Shown one piece after another: positions 18,844 through 27,868 of a stretch of 64,000 nucleotides of DNA (the first letter of the stretch is position 1; each line of letters begins with the position of its first letter). The notes beneath the pieces are model-generated. The model was not told where the DNA came from. It made no database searches and was given only the letters and a program-made list of their open reading frames with translations. The stretch is from a virus (Duplodnaviria; Caudoviricetes), in IMG/VR virus record IMGVR_UViG_3300021387_001565, positions 1 to 64,000 of that record. One strand, given 5' to 3'. A program made the position numbers and the translations under genes.

Positions 18844-19140
18844 TTATGCTACAGTCAGTATTGCGGACTTAGGTAACCACACCTTGTAGCCTGTGTACTC
18901 TGTGAAGTTGATGCCTCTGCCGCTTCCATGTCTCCAATAGGAGCAGTCAACGTAAACGGCTTTGTCAGTCTGCTTAAGGACTTCATTGACCTTGATACGG
19001 AAGGTCTCAACTTCATCACCGTTAGGGTCAAGGTCATACTGCTTATCCCAAATAAGTGTCTTGCCCTTGCAGAATGCTTCGCCCTGTATCTTCTCGTAAA
19101 TCCACTTCTTAATGGTGTAGTTGGTCTTGGCTACGTTCAT
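18844..19140 (-). CDS. hypothetical protein
   Basis: G9 RBS; TDKAV...WLPKS. Confidence 0.65.
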   Translation of the reverse strand: MNVAKTNYTIKKWIYEKIQGEAFCKGKTLIWDKQYDLDPNGDEVETFRIKVNEVLKQTDKAVYVDCSYWRHGSGRGINFTEYTGYKVWLPKSAILTVA

Positions 19141-19187
19141 GACTGTTACCCCCCCCCGTTCGCTGTGCATCTCTTGACTACACTCTC

Positions 19188-19224
19188 ATTATAGCATAGG
19201 GGAAAAAGTAAAATCAACAGATTT
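19188..19224 (-). promoter_or_regulatory. conserved phage promoter
   Basis: TTGATT...TGCTATAAT. Confidence 0.8.
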
Positions 19225-19250
19225 GGTTTTTATTTAACAATTAAGTATAA

Positions 19251-19293
19251 ACAAAAACAAAGAGAGCCAATCCTTTCGGACTGACCCTCTCTG
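19251..19293 (-). terminator. Rho-independent terminator
   Basis: AGAGAGGGTCAGTCC-GAAA-GGATTGGCTCTCT-TTGTTTTTG. Confidence 0.65.
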
Positions 19294-19338
19294 TTAAAGA
19301 AGAACAATATGAGAAACCAACAGAGGTTTGAATGTGTC

Positions 19339-19845
19339 TCAACTATGAATGAACTCTTCCAAGGGAATAAACTGTTCAGAACGACGACCGTAATCGTTAG
19401 TGGCTATCTGTGACCAATCAATCTCTCCAAGGTCTACATAGATAATCTTCTCTGTAGAATCATCACCTGCATAAAAGGTTACGGGGATTCCGACTTCTGC
19501 CTCAAGCGGAATAGTCTGTCAATCAAAAATCTCTTTCGTATCCACGTGGATAAATGAATCGGTAAAGTTGAGTCCGCTCCGTTTAACAGAATATATAGGA
19601 CAGTAATCATCCCAATCTCTTACTGCGGAAAGAATGTCATCATAAAAGACTTCATACTCATCGTAGTCTTCAACGTCTAGTATCTCTTTAATCATGTCAT
19701 TAAAACTCGAAAGAGTTCTAATCTCATCTACGATAACATCTGAGGTATCTACATACCAAACAACCTTATCGGGAGTAGAGTTGTAGGCTACCTGTGGTTC
19801 ATCTTCATAATGAACAATGTCAATGCTTTCGTTAATCAGTTTCAT
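19339..19845 (-). CDS. acidic protein with MKLINES leader; internal TGA at 19519-19521 (readthrough or nonsense allele)
   Basis: the ORF continues in frame for 59 codons after the TGA. Confidence 0.55.
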
Positions 19846-20645
19846 TCGTCTGCTCTCCATCCATATCTAAGAAGTTCATTACCAAGTGACCTGCTATGAG
19901 CACCCATCAGTGTTTGTGGCTGTGGAGCAATGTAGGCTTCAAAACTCTCATCCATAGGATTTGAGTTATATAAAGTAAATCGCTTGGGACTACCTTCCCA
20001 ATTCTTGCCAGCATCACCATGCTTCATATCGTGCCACTTTTTAAGAGCCGTAAAATACTCTTGGTTAGTATCGTTTATTTTGGCTTTGTTGAAACCACCT
20101 TTACTCCATGTTGCTTCCTGCCCTGTTGCAGTATCAATATACGTGGGGGCTTGATTTGGATACTTAACAAGAATACTTTCCTGTCGATACTCTTCCTCTT
20201 CGGGTGTACCTTTTCTCGGATTGGCGAACTCTAACATATCAGAAACAAATGCATCAAAGTCATCCTTAAATGTCTTTGTGGCTAAATCGAACGGATATAC
20301 GATAAATGACTTCTCGTATCCTGCCTTATCACTGTTCTCATATTTGTACCCACCATAAACAGGAATGTAAGAATACTTAGCCCGTTTGAGTTTATGTACT
20401 AACTCATCTGTCATTTTCTCATTCTCGGATTTATCATGCACATCTTTGTATGCGGATAACACTACATAGCCCGTGTCGTCATGCCCATTCAACACTTTAT
20501 TAAGACTTGCCTCTGTGAGCGGTTTCTTAACTCCATTGGCTTCAAGAATACGATTGATGTTTGCGTCAGTTAATTTAGGGCATATAGCAAATGGCTTCTC
20601 TGTACTCGGATGCATTAACACCTCTTCCACTAACTTGAACTTCAT
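19842..20645 (-). CDS. putative SAM lyase (T3 SAMase-like) with MKFKLVEE leader
   Basis: YVVLSAYK..EN...L..L....GGYKYE...EKSFIV...QESILV parallels T3 YVLVSAFRS..GCYRE..EEKTVRV..EQDCVLV (recalled, not aligned). Confidence 0.6.
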   Translation of the reverse strand: MKFKLVEEVLMHPSTEKPFAICPKLTDANINRILEANGVKKPLTEASLNKVLNGHDDTGYVVLSAYKDVHDKSENEKMTDELVHKLKRAKYSYIPVYGGYKYENSDKAGYEKSFIVYPFDLATKTFKDDFDAFVSDMLEFANPRKGTPEEEEYRQESILVKYPNQAPTYIDTATGQEATWSKGGFNKAKINDTNQEYFTALKKWHDMKHGDAGKNWEGSPKRFTLYNSNPMDESFEAYIAPQPQTLMGAHSRSLGNELLRYGWRADE

Positions 20646-20679
20646 GGTTTCTACCTCTCTTTCTCTTCTATTTCTTTAT

Positions 20680-20764
20680 AGTCCGAGCGTTTATCGGTTA
20701 ACCCTCATCGATGAGGATTTACTAGATAAGCACTAACTTAATTTTGGTGCTTATCCCTCGGACT
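20680..20764 (-). ncRNA. candidate structured 5' leader RNA (three-way junction)
   Basis: P1 AGTCCGAG/CTCGGACT, P2 GATAAGCAC/GTGCTTATC, P3 CCTCA-TCGA-TGAGG. Confidence 0.4.
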
Positions 20765-20970
20765 TCTTTCTACATTAACAGTATTTCTTTTTTCTCTTCT
20801 ATCTTTGTTCTCTTATAACAGATTGTAGTGAAGTAGTTGGTTGATTGTTCTTTTTATTTATCTGTCGGTACTCTACTTCTTGAAAGATTTACCATTAAGT
20901 TTAATTGACTTCGTAATTGTTCTTGTCCTCTATATATAACAATTAAGTATTTATCAATCGTACATTTATA

Positions 20971-21126
20971 TTATACAACGTTTTTTCTGTATTCTTGATA
21001 TTCGATTTCCAACTTCTGTTTTTCCTCTGTACTTAACTGCTGATATATGAGGGCACAACTGTCTGGAGTTTGAGCTAAATGTTTTATGACGAATAGCCAT
21101 AAGTCGAAAGATAGTGGTTCACTCAT
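20971..21126 (-). CDS. 51-aa hypothetical protein (not in ORF track)
   Basis: MSEPLSFDLWLF...YRKNVV*, ATGA overlap with the upstream gene. Confidence 0.55.
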   Translation of the reverse strand: MSEPLSFDLWLFVIKHLAQTPDSCALIYQQLSTEEKQKLEIEYQEYRKNVV

Positions 21127-22217
21127 TCTACTTCATCTCCTTCCCCTGTACTGACTTTGAGGTCTGCTGTTACTCTTGACAGGATATTGTCTGTATCTAA
21201 TTTTCTTGCTTCGGCTTCCCATGTTTCAGTAAGCCATATGTATAAACTCTTATAGGAAGCAAGTGACTGTTCGACTACATCTGTTCCTTCGGTATGTTCT
21301 TCTAAAGGAACTTGTGCATCATTCCAATGCTTACTAAACTGTCTGAGTTGGTCAAGTGCTTCGTCCTCTGATAGATACTTAGCAAATACACACATTGAGG
21401 CGATAGCAATCGACTTACACTCATGATATAGTGCGTTATATAACAATATTGAAGGTGCTCCGATAGATACTGCCTTATCATACTGCCTGCTCCAAGTGCG
21501 TATAGCATCGTTTGCGAACGGGACTACTGTATTGGGGATAAGGAATGCGAGTTTCATGTCGGGAATCTCGGTCAGTTTTTCATCTGTAATCACCTTAAAA
21601 GATTTAGGCTGAGAGAATCTTAACTCTCCCGTATCTATTCCTGTCTGTTTGACGCATGAATCTAACTGTGCGACTAAATAATTGCGGACGGAACGGAATA
21701 CCTGTTCCTGTGTAACCTTCTTCCTGTGGAAGAAGCGTTTGATACGAAGCCATATTCCCTTGAACACTATGGACTCAACGAGTTTCATGTTCATCAAAGG
21801 CTTACCGTGTTCATCGGGGCAAGTGGTATCTGCTATCAACTCAGCATACTCGGAGAGCATTCGGAACAATTCACAAAAGATGCGTAATGCTTCCATGCGG
21901 TCGGTCTCGCTTACTGTTGCATCAAGCGACTGTTTAACATAGATGTCTCCTACAGTCGCATAGGTAAGAAGTTCCTTCGCTGACAGAATCTCATACTTAT
22001 AGTACACTGCAAGGTCATAGAGTATACCGTGACGGCATACATGGAGCACCAAACCAATATTCCTCAACATGTCATGTTCGTCGCAGGTGTCTAGGGTCTT
22101 ACCAACCTTCTCAACAAGATTGACGAGATGATTCCATCTAAAGTTATTGTGTGACATAAACCACTCGGGAGTGTCAATAATATATGGCACACAATCACTC
22201 ATGCTTATTTTCTTCAC
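21123..22217 (-). CDS. hypothetical protein
   Basis: 364-aa ORF with AAAGGT RBS. Confidence 0.75.
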   Translation of the reverse strand: MKKISMSDCVPYIIDTPEWFMSHNNFRWNHLVNLVEKVGKTLDTCDEHDMLRNIGLVLHVCRHGILYDLAVYYKYEILSAKELLTYATVGDIYVKQSLDATVSETDRMEALRIFCELFRMLSEYAELIADTTCPDEHGKPLMNMKLVESIVFKGIWLRIKRFFHRKKVTQEQVFRSVRNYLVAQLDSCVKQTGIDTGELRFSQPKSFKVITDEKLTEIPDMKLAFLIPNTVVPFANDAIRTWSRQYDKAVSIGAPSILLYNALYHECKSIAIASMCVFAKYLSEDEALDQLRQFSKHWNDAQVPLEEHTEGTDVVEQSLASYKSLYIWLTETWEAEARKLDTDNILSRVTADLKVSTGEGDEVE

Positions 22218-22405
22218 AACTAAATTCTACCTTTCTCTGTATATTGAGTAGCCCATCCAACCTGCAAATAGCAGAGTGCTGAGACCAATGAATGCTAAAG
22301 CCGCTCTCCATCCATGCGGGAAAAGGAGACATAACAGTCCCACAGCGTTCAACCCCGACAGCAAAAGCATCATGATATATCCCTCGCGCTTTGAACTTTT
22401 CATAA

Positions 22406-22618
22406 TCAGTCCCCCTTTAGTCTTGTATTAACCAAATCCACTATCCGAGCACACAGTTCCGCAGGAATGTCCAAATGATACATATCGGTCAGAAATCTCT
22501 TCCATGCGTACAAACTGTTTCGTGCAAACTGCAATGAATCTTTGTCCGTATCATCTGACGTACTTAAGAATTTGTCGATACACTTGATAGCGTCCTCAAA
22601 CCTGTTATCATTCCGCAT
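22406..22618 (-). CDS. hypothetical protein
   Basis: first gene after a promoter. Confidence 0.6.
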   Translation of the reverse strand: MRNDNRFEDAIKCIDKFLSTSDDTDKDSLQFARNSLYAWKRFLTDMYHLDIPAELCARIVDLVNTRLKGD

Positions 22619-22660
22619 AAAATACCCTCTCTCTTCCTAATGGTGTGGCTTTGCAATACT

Positions 22661-22697
22661 ATTGTAGCACACAAGCATTTTAAAAATCAACGGATTT
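22661..22697 (-). promoter_or_regulatory. conserved phage promoter
   Basis: AAATCCGTTGATTTT...TGCTACAAT. Confidence 0.75.
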
Positions 22698-22699
22698 AC

Positions 22700-22733
22700 A
22701 AAATGGGTATCAAAGACACGCCGTGATACCCAT
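22700..22733 (-). terminator. Rho-independent terminator
   Basis: ATGGGTATCA...TGATACCCAT-TTT. Confidence 0.6.
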
Positions 22734-22855
22734 CCTAACACGGGAGATAGCCCCCCCCCGTGAATTTTTTTCACAGATATAAACTTATTGGCAAATAAGA
22801 ACTTCCCTGTGAATAAAGTTTTTAACGCAGAAAGGAAAATCCAATGAAATGGGAG

Positions 22856-23230
22856 TTAGCGTAGTTTATAATGACCATACTCAGTGTCAATATCTCTCAC
22901 GGTTATCAATCCGTCCAACTCATAACACTGAATGATTTTTTCAATCACAGGCATTACGTTTAATTTCGCGGGCAATCGGATAAAAGCGTGGTCGTTGTAC
23001 ACTGTGACGGATGCTTTTGGATAATAATCAACTGATTTCAAAATTTGTCCGTCTGAATTAGCCATATGATTATATAATACTTTATGTGGCTGTAATCTAA
23101 TATGCTCTGATGTGCCTACCACATTTCCATCATCATCGCATGGAACTCTCTGTCCAACACAAACAAAATTACCTGTTCTTATGTCACGGACACTTTCGGC
23201 GACAAGCCAAAAATTTCCTTTATAATGCAT
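22856..23230 (-). CDS. hypothetical protein (true start MHYKG)
   Basis: GAGGTG RBS directly after tRNA-Leu. Confidence 0.65.
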   Translation of the reverse strand: MHYKGNFWLVAESVRDIRTGNFVCVGQRVPCDDDGNVVGTSEHIRLQPHKVLYNHMANSDGQILKSVDYYPKASVTVYNDHAFIRLPAKLNVMPVIEKIIQCYELDGLITVRDIDTEYGHYKLR

Positions 23231-23246
23231 TAACTTCACCTCTTCG

Positions 23247-23329
23247 TGGGGATAGTGGGACTCGAACCCACATGCTTTAAAGGCGGGAGATTTTGAGTCT
23301 CCTACGTATCCCAATTCCGTCATATCCCC
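23247..23329 (-). tRNA. tRNA-Leu(CAA)
   Basis: GGGGATA/TATCCCC acceptor stem; GGAGA-CTCAAAA-TCTCC anticodon arm; long variable arm; GTGGG-TTCGAGT-CCCAC; no encoded CCA. Confidence 0.9.
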
Positions 23330-23336
23330 TAAACTT

Positions 23337-23708
23337 TCAGTCATTATCAGACGGATAGTAGCCGATTTCCTTTAAAAATTCCGTAGTCTCAAGAAGAAGT
23401 TTCTGTCCGAACGTAAACGTAGCCACATCTTCTTCAGTAATATCTACATAGTGTCCCCACCCGTCAGCCTTGACGAGAATGTACTTACAAGGGTCATTAT
23501 CGGGGTGTGGATAAGGTAATCTAGTTACTCGGGCAAAAGCATACAGGTCGCCCTGTTTAAACCCACTTAAAAAATTCATCTTAAATGAACCTTCTGTAAA
23601 GGGAAACACAGTGTGTAAAGTATCTTCAAGCACCGCATCTGCGTCGGTGTTAGAACTCTCGGGAACAGTAAGTTCCATCATCCCACGTCCATCGACATAA
23701 ATAATCAT
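23337..23708 (-). CDS. hypothetical protein
   Basis: GAGGTG RBS. Confidence 0.65.
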   Translation of the reverse strand: MIIYVDGRGMMELTVPESSNTDADAVLEDTLHTVFPFTEGSFKMNFLSGFKQGDLYAFARVTRLPYPHPDNDPCKYILVKADGWGHYVDITEEDVATFTFGQKLLLETTEFLKEIGYYPSDND

Positions 23709-23749
23709 TCAGTTCACCTCTTCATAGTTTATTTGACCGACATACGCCA

Positions 23750-24268
23750 TTATTCGGTATCTTCAACCGCACTCGGCTCGGTCTGCTCGCTACTGTCAGT
23801 CGGCTTTTCGTCCTTTGGTTTATTCTCATCTAGTATGCCAACCCAATTTGACTTCTTTATAAACTTAGTTTGAAGTTTAGATATGGGTAAGCGATATGCC
23901 GCTTTTAAAAAACCATCGACAGGATTGTAAGCAACTAAATCCACCCTGCTTGAGTCATTAGGAGACATTCGCACCTTAATAGCCGCAGGACGACCGTTGA
24001 ACAGTATCATACAACCATATACTACATTAGGTTTAATTTCGGTCTCCGCGTCAGCCATTAAATTCTGACACTTGGCATTACTGATAGCCTCTGTGTAGTC
24101 TCCGTACTCCTTTGCTAATAAAGGAAGATAGCCAAACTCGTACATAAGGTCTGAACGACTGTCGTGCCCTTGGGTTGGGTCATCAATAAGGTTTAACACA
24201 TGCTTAGCATAATGATAATTCAGATTATTCTGTTTCCACTTTGCTTCTGTTAACAATTTGAATTTCAT
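23750..24268 (-). CDS. protein with MKFKLLTEA leader, possible BECR-fold nuclease
   Basis: LNYHYAKHV resembles the HxxKH motif of toxin RNases. Confidence 0.5.
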   Translation of the reverse strand: MKFKLLTEAKWKQNNLNYHYAKHVLNLIDDPTQGHDSRSDLMYEFGYLPLLAKEYGDYTEAISNAKCQNLMADAETEIKPNVVYGCMILFNGRPAAIKVRMSPNDSSRVDLVAYNPVDGFLKAAYRLPISKLQTKFIKKSNWVGILDENKPKDEKPTDSSEQTEPSAVEDTE

Positions 24269-24286
24269 ATCTGTACCTCTGTCCTT

Positions 24287-24321
24287 ATTATCTCACGAAA
24301 AAGTTACAAAATCAACAGATT
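24287..24321 (-). promoter_or_regulatory. conserved phage promoter
   Basis: AATCTGTTGATTTT...TGAGATAAT. Confidence 0.65.
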
Positions 24322-24551
24322 CGAGATTGGTCGTACACACCATCGCCTCTGTGTCTATTCTTACCGTAGCGTTTAGTCTCTATCTTACTTAATTCTAAAC
24401 TAGCATTATAACTCGGTATTGTCTCTTCTCTTGTGTACAGCAGGCTGTTGCAGTTAGGACAGCGATACCGTCTGAATGTAACCTGTGCGTCGGTACGAGT
24501 CTCTACGCATCGTACCTTAACGACCTCACACTTCGGGCACAGCATCGGCAA
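24312..24551 (-). CDS. NrdR/Ogr-like Zn-ribbon protein
   Basis: CPKC...ETR...RRYRCPNC...TRE. Confidence 0.6.
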   Translation of the reverse strand: MPMLCPKCEVVKVRCVETRTDAQVTFRRYRCPNCNSLLYTREETIPSYNASLELSKIETKRYGKNRHRGDGVYDQSRIC

Positions 24552-24739
24552 CCCTCTTATACGGTGCGGGTGGATACGCCCAAGCAGTCACATTTTTCTG
24601 TCCCGTGTATACCCTATACACAACGTGCTCTTCTGTCTCACCATCCCAAGTAGTATCCTCTACAGTTAACAGAAGTTTAACGAGTTTCGGCACATCTCCT
24701 GTGCCAATAGGTATCCAATCCATAGCAAACTCCTTTATG

Positions 24740-24958
24740 TTATAGGTTAATTACATACTCAATTGCCTGTGTAAAAGGCAGTACATCACCCTCATCAGTG
24801 ATTAAGAACGGAGCAGAACCAATGCCGTGTTGCTCTGCAACTGCCTTAATAATATTCGCATCGGTACATATCTGATACATTACACCTGCATTGTTCAACT
24901 TTGTTTCAAGTAGACTAAGCACACTACTTTGATGATGCCCAGTAGAATAAAGTGTCAT
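24740..24958 (-). CDS. glutaredoxin-like fold lacking CxxC
   Basis: TLYSTG..L..KL...GIGSAPFL. Confidence 0.5.
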   Translation of the reverse strand: MTLYSTGHHQSSVLSLLETKLNNAGVMYQICTDANIIKAVAEQHGIGSAPFLITDEGDVLPFTQAIEYVINL

Positions 24959-24961
24959 TTT

Positions 24962-25171
24962 TTATACCCTCACTATCTTGAAAATACTGTGATAAGGAAA
25001 CCATGTTCCCTTTGAGTCATTACGAGAGGCAACCTTGAACCAAGTTTCAGCATCGGTGGTAGCGTCAACAATAACGCCGAACGCACGCTCATCATGCAGG
25101 GCAACTGCTACACGTGTACCAAGTTCAAGACTGTCGTTTACTGTTAACTGCTTTAAGTATGCCTTCTTCAT
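24962..25171 (-). CDS. hypothetical protein
   Basis: AGGGG RBS, after a promoter. Confidence 0.55.
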   Translation of the reverse strand: MKKAYLKQLTVNDSLELGTRVAVALHDERAFGVIVDATTDAETWFKVASRNDSKGTWFPYHSIFKIVRV

Positions 25172-25213
25172 ATTGATTTTCCCCTTTCGTGTCTGCCTTG
25201 TAAGTACAGTACA

Positions 25214-25250
25214 AGCATAGCACACGAAGAGATAAAAAATCAACAGATTT
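25214..25250 (-). promoter_or_regulatory. conserved phage promoter
   Basis: AAATCTGTTGATTTT...TGCTATGCT. Confidence 0.7.
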
Positions 25251-25259
25251 GACAACTCC

Positions 25260-25499
25260 TTACGGTTGCTTGCCTCGGTCATTTTTGAGAGCGTTAGCGT
25301 TATGGATTAAGGATGCAGTAAAGTCACCTCTTGCCACAATGCGTCCGTAGAAATCTCTCGTAACATCGGCGGTAGGATTGTACTCTCCCAATTTTCGCCT
25401 GTAGAAATCACGGGCTATCTTCCTGCCATCGGGCAGCTCTTCGATAAAGCCAATCGTAATCCCATAAAAATCTCGTACTCTTTGTTCTTTCTTTGTCAT
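25260..25499 (-). CDS. small repeat protein (3x RDFY)
   Basis: VRDFYG / ARDFYR / TRDFYG. Confidence 0.7.
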   Translation of the reverse strand: MTKKEQRVRDFYGITIGFIEELPDGRKIARDFYRRKLGEYNPTADVTRDFYGRIVARGDFTASLIHNANALKNDRGKQP

Positions 25500-25849
25500 A
25501 TAATCACCTTGCTTATATCGGGGAACACTTCTCGTAACTCGTTTACAGAGACAATGCGAACGTTGGACACATTCCTGCCTAAGTCGCCTACAAATGCATT
25601 GATTATCTTATTGATTTTCCTGTCGTTGTAGTCAAACTTGTTATAGGACACACCGAACTTCTTATAAAGCCCGCCAAAGTCAGACACGCACGGACCGAAC
25701 TCCACAGTGGTCGTGATGCCTAACTCCGTGCCTACATACAGATAATATTCCTCGGCACTGTCGTTCGTTGCCGCAAGGCACACATTGGCGGGATTGTCTA
25801 CTACCAAGGCTTTTGTATCAACAATCTTCACAGAATAACTATATATCAA
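25496..25849 (-). CDS. hypothetical protein
   Basis: in operon. Confidence 0.65.
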   Translation of the reverse strand: MIYSYSVKIVDTKALVVDNPANVCLAATNDSAEEYYLYVGTELGITTTVEFGPCVSDFGGLYKKFGVSYNKFDYNDRKINKIINAFVGDLGRNVSNVRIVSVNELREVFPDISKVII

Positions 25850-26399
25850 CGAATGTCACCTCAGCAAAATTTGTAATTACATACTCGTGAATCAATGCAT
25901 TATCCCTTGTTATAAAGGACTTGATGTACCCCTTGGTTTCAAGGAAGGTACTTACAGGGAACTCTGATAACAACTTTGCCATGCTACCATAAGCCACACA
26001 CGGAATGTAACTGTTAAACTTCGTGTCGTTCACGATGATATTATTTGCTATCGTGAACTTATAAAAATAACTGCCCGACTGTGTAGTGTGTAACTCTGTA
26101 GTCCGACAAATCCGTCCGTCAAGCAGAACCTTCTCTGCATCGGGAGCAGGTGGTGAAAAGTCTGTCAAAACGTAAATCAGACTCTTTCGCGGACTTGCAT
26201 TGGGAATAGAGTATGAACGGACACAGCCCGTAAGACTAACAATGTCACCATCCTTATATTTAAGGTTGTGGTGTTTAAACTTTAAGTTGATTATTTGTGT
26301 ATCATCCACAAATAAATCCGCTTGGTCGAAAGCACATCCATTGACTGAATGGGAGTAGCGGATATTCTTAATAGTTCCTGTCAAGTTAATCTCATTCAT
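25839..26399 (-). CDS. tandem OB-fold ssDNA-binding protein
   Basis: NEINLTG...G.VRSY; DGRIC...SYIPCVAYG. Confidence 0.7.
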   Translation of the reverse strand: MNEINLTGTIKNIRYSHSVNGCAFDQADLFVDDTQIINLKFKHHNLKYKDGDIVSLTGCVRSYSIPNASPRKSLIYVLTDFSPPAPDAEKVLLDGRICRTTELHTTQSGSYFYKFTIANNIIVNDTKFNSYIPCVAYGSMAKLLSEFPVSTFLETKGYIKSFITRDNALIHEYVITNFAEVTFVDI

Positions 26400-27117
26400 T
26401 CTTTACGTCGGCTCTCTCCGCTGTAATCTCTTCATCTGAAAGAACTGTCTCTCCTTTATTTACTGACGTTAGAAAATCGATTGCGTTAGCGACATCTTTC
26501 AGTTCTTTATCTTCATGAATCATCTCGTTAAACTTGACACTCTGTATGTCAATGGAATCAAGATAAGCCGACAAAACCTGCTCACGCTCTTCTTCTGTAG
26601 CGGAGTCAAAGGCTTCATCAACTTCAAGTCCGACATCACAGAGAAGCAAGCCGTCAAGATAATCAATCTCCTTCTGAATCAACGTCGCTGACGCTCCAAC
26701 CATCTTTCCCGACTCGATTTTACCTGTAGGGGTAAGATACGTAGCAACTATATCATTGTGCCTAATACGGATGTATTCTTTTGTCCCGTTTGCCATACTG
26801 ACATCAGTTTCACGGGAAAGTTCCAAGCCTTTCACACTTGTAAGGATGGGGTTGATAAAGGTCTTAATAGCCTTTTCAAACTGTATGCAGAAGATACGGC
26901 AATTGTATCCAATCTGAGGTGCGGCAAGGGCTATCAAGTGATTTGCCTGCATGGTAGACTTCAATTCAGAAATGCACTCGCGCATAAGATGATACTTCTT
27001 CTTGATGTCAATCTCATCGCACCTGTGACCGAGCAACTGCTCAACATCACTCTGCTCATGGTCATCGTCATAGATGTGTTCCAAATCTTCTGCGGAAATA
27101 ATCAGTATATCCTTCAT
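26392..27117 (-). CDS. def: peptide deformylase homolog, metal ligands lost
   Basis: LAAPQIG retained; ETDVS in place of EGCLS; QKEIDYLDG in place of QHEIDHLDG. Confidence 0.8.
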   Translation of the reverse strand: MKDILIISAEDLEHIYDDDHEQSDVEQLLGHRCDEIDIKKKYHLMRECISELKSTMQANHLIALAAPQIGYNCRIFCIQFEKAIKTFINPILTSVKGLELSRETDVSMANGTKEYIRIRHNDIVATYLTPTGKIESGKMVGASATLIQKEIDYLDGLLLCDVGLEVDEAFDSATEEEREQVLSAYLDSIDIQSVKFNEMIHEDKELKDVANAIDFLTSVNKGETVLSDEEITAERADVKNE

Positions 27118-27120
27118 TTG

Positions 27121-27384
27121 TTACTGCTCCTTTGCTATTAGTGTATAGGTATCCTTTATAAAATCAGCAGTAAGAATGAAAGTAAACTTATCATCTTCAA
27201 ACACCGCTGACGCAGAATCATAGTTTATAGTGGCATCAGTATCCACTTCGCTTACACCTTGTGCCTTTTCCAATGTGGCTAAGCACCTGTCGTATTGGTT
27301 TGAGTTAGACAACTCAATAACATATGTGCCGTCCCGCTTCACCCCGTCTGTGGGCAGACCAAGTTCAAGTAATCTGTCAATCAT
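27121..27384 (-). CDS. hypothetical protein
   Basis: AAGGAG RBS. Confidence 0.65.
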   Translation of the reverse strand: MIDRLLELGLPTDGVKRDGTYVIELSNSNQYDRCLATLEKAQGVSEVDTDATINYDSASAVFEDDKFTFILTADFIKDTYTLIAKEQ

Positions 27385-27721
27385 TCATGGACTCCTTCAA
27401 TTCGTGTAGTACATCTTCATTCTCTGCAACCACGGCTTCGAGTGAATTTCCTTTTGACAAAGACTTTATGGCTTTTGCCATCCGTCTTTCATACGCAGGC
27501 TGTTTGGATTTTCTGTTGGGTTGATTAAGTAAGAACATCACGTAAGATAATCGCTCATAATTCTGTTTAAGAGGGGCAATCATTCGTTCAAGATTCTCCA
27601 TTGTCTCGGGAGATAATACATGCGTCTTTGCATAGTCTTCGTAGTCCTTTAATTCCCCCTTGAGGTCTCTGTACTGTTTGCACACCTCGTTATAGTATGC
27701 AAGGAAATGCTTCATAGCCAT
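27377..27721 (-). CDS. hypothetical protein
   Basis: AAGGAG RBS. Confidence 0.7.
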   Translation of the reverse strand: MAMKHFLAYYNEVCKQYRDLKGELKDYEDYAKTHVLSPETMENLERMIAPLKQNYERLSYVMFLLNQPNRKSKQPAYERRMAKAIKSLSKGNSLEAVVAENEDVLHELKESMND

Positions 27722-27868
27722 AAGTTAAATCTCCTTAAAAAAATGAGTTCTTGTTTAAGATACAACAAAAACTCATCTATATAAGAAGGGGGATATATCT
27801 CGGGACGGGTACAGTCACCTCGCTGATATAGCGGTCAGTCGTATCTTACTAATTTTATATACACGATT

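Noticed and set aside
19519-19521. Selenocysteine at the in-frame UGA
   Set aside because: There is no redox-motif context and no Sec machinery in the window; Trp readthrough or a nonsense mutation is more plausible.
23231-23344. tRNA-Leu apparently embedded in frame in ORF 22856-23344
   Set aside because: A strong GAGGTG RBS before MHYKG (23230) gives a better start; the extension is probably a chance open frame.
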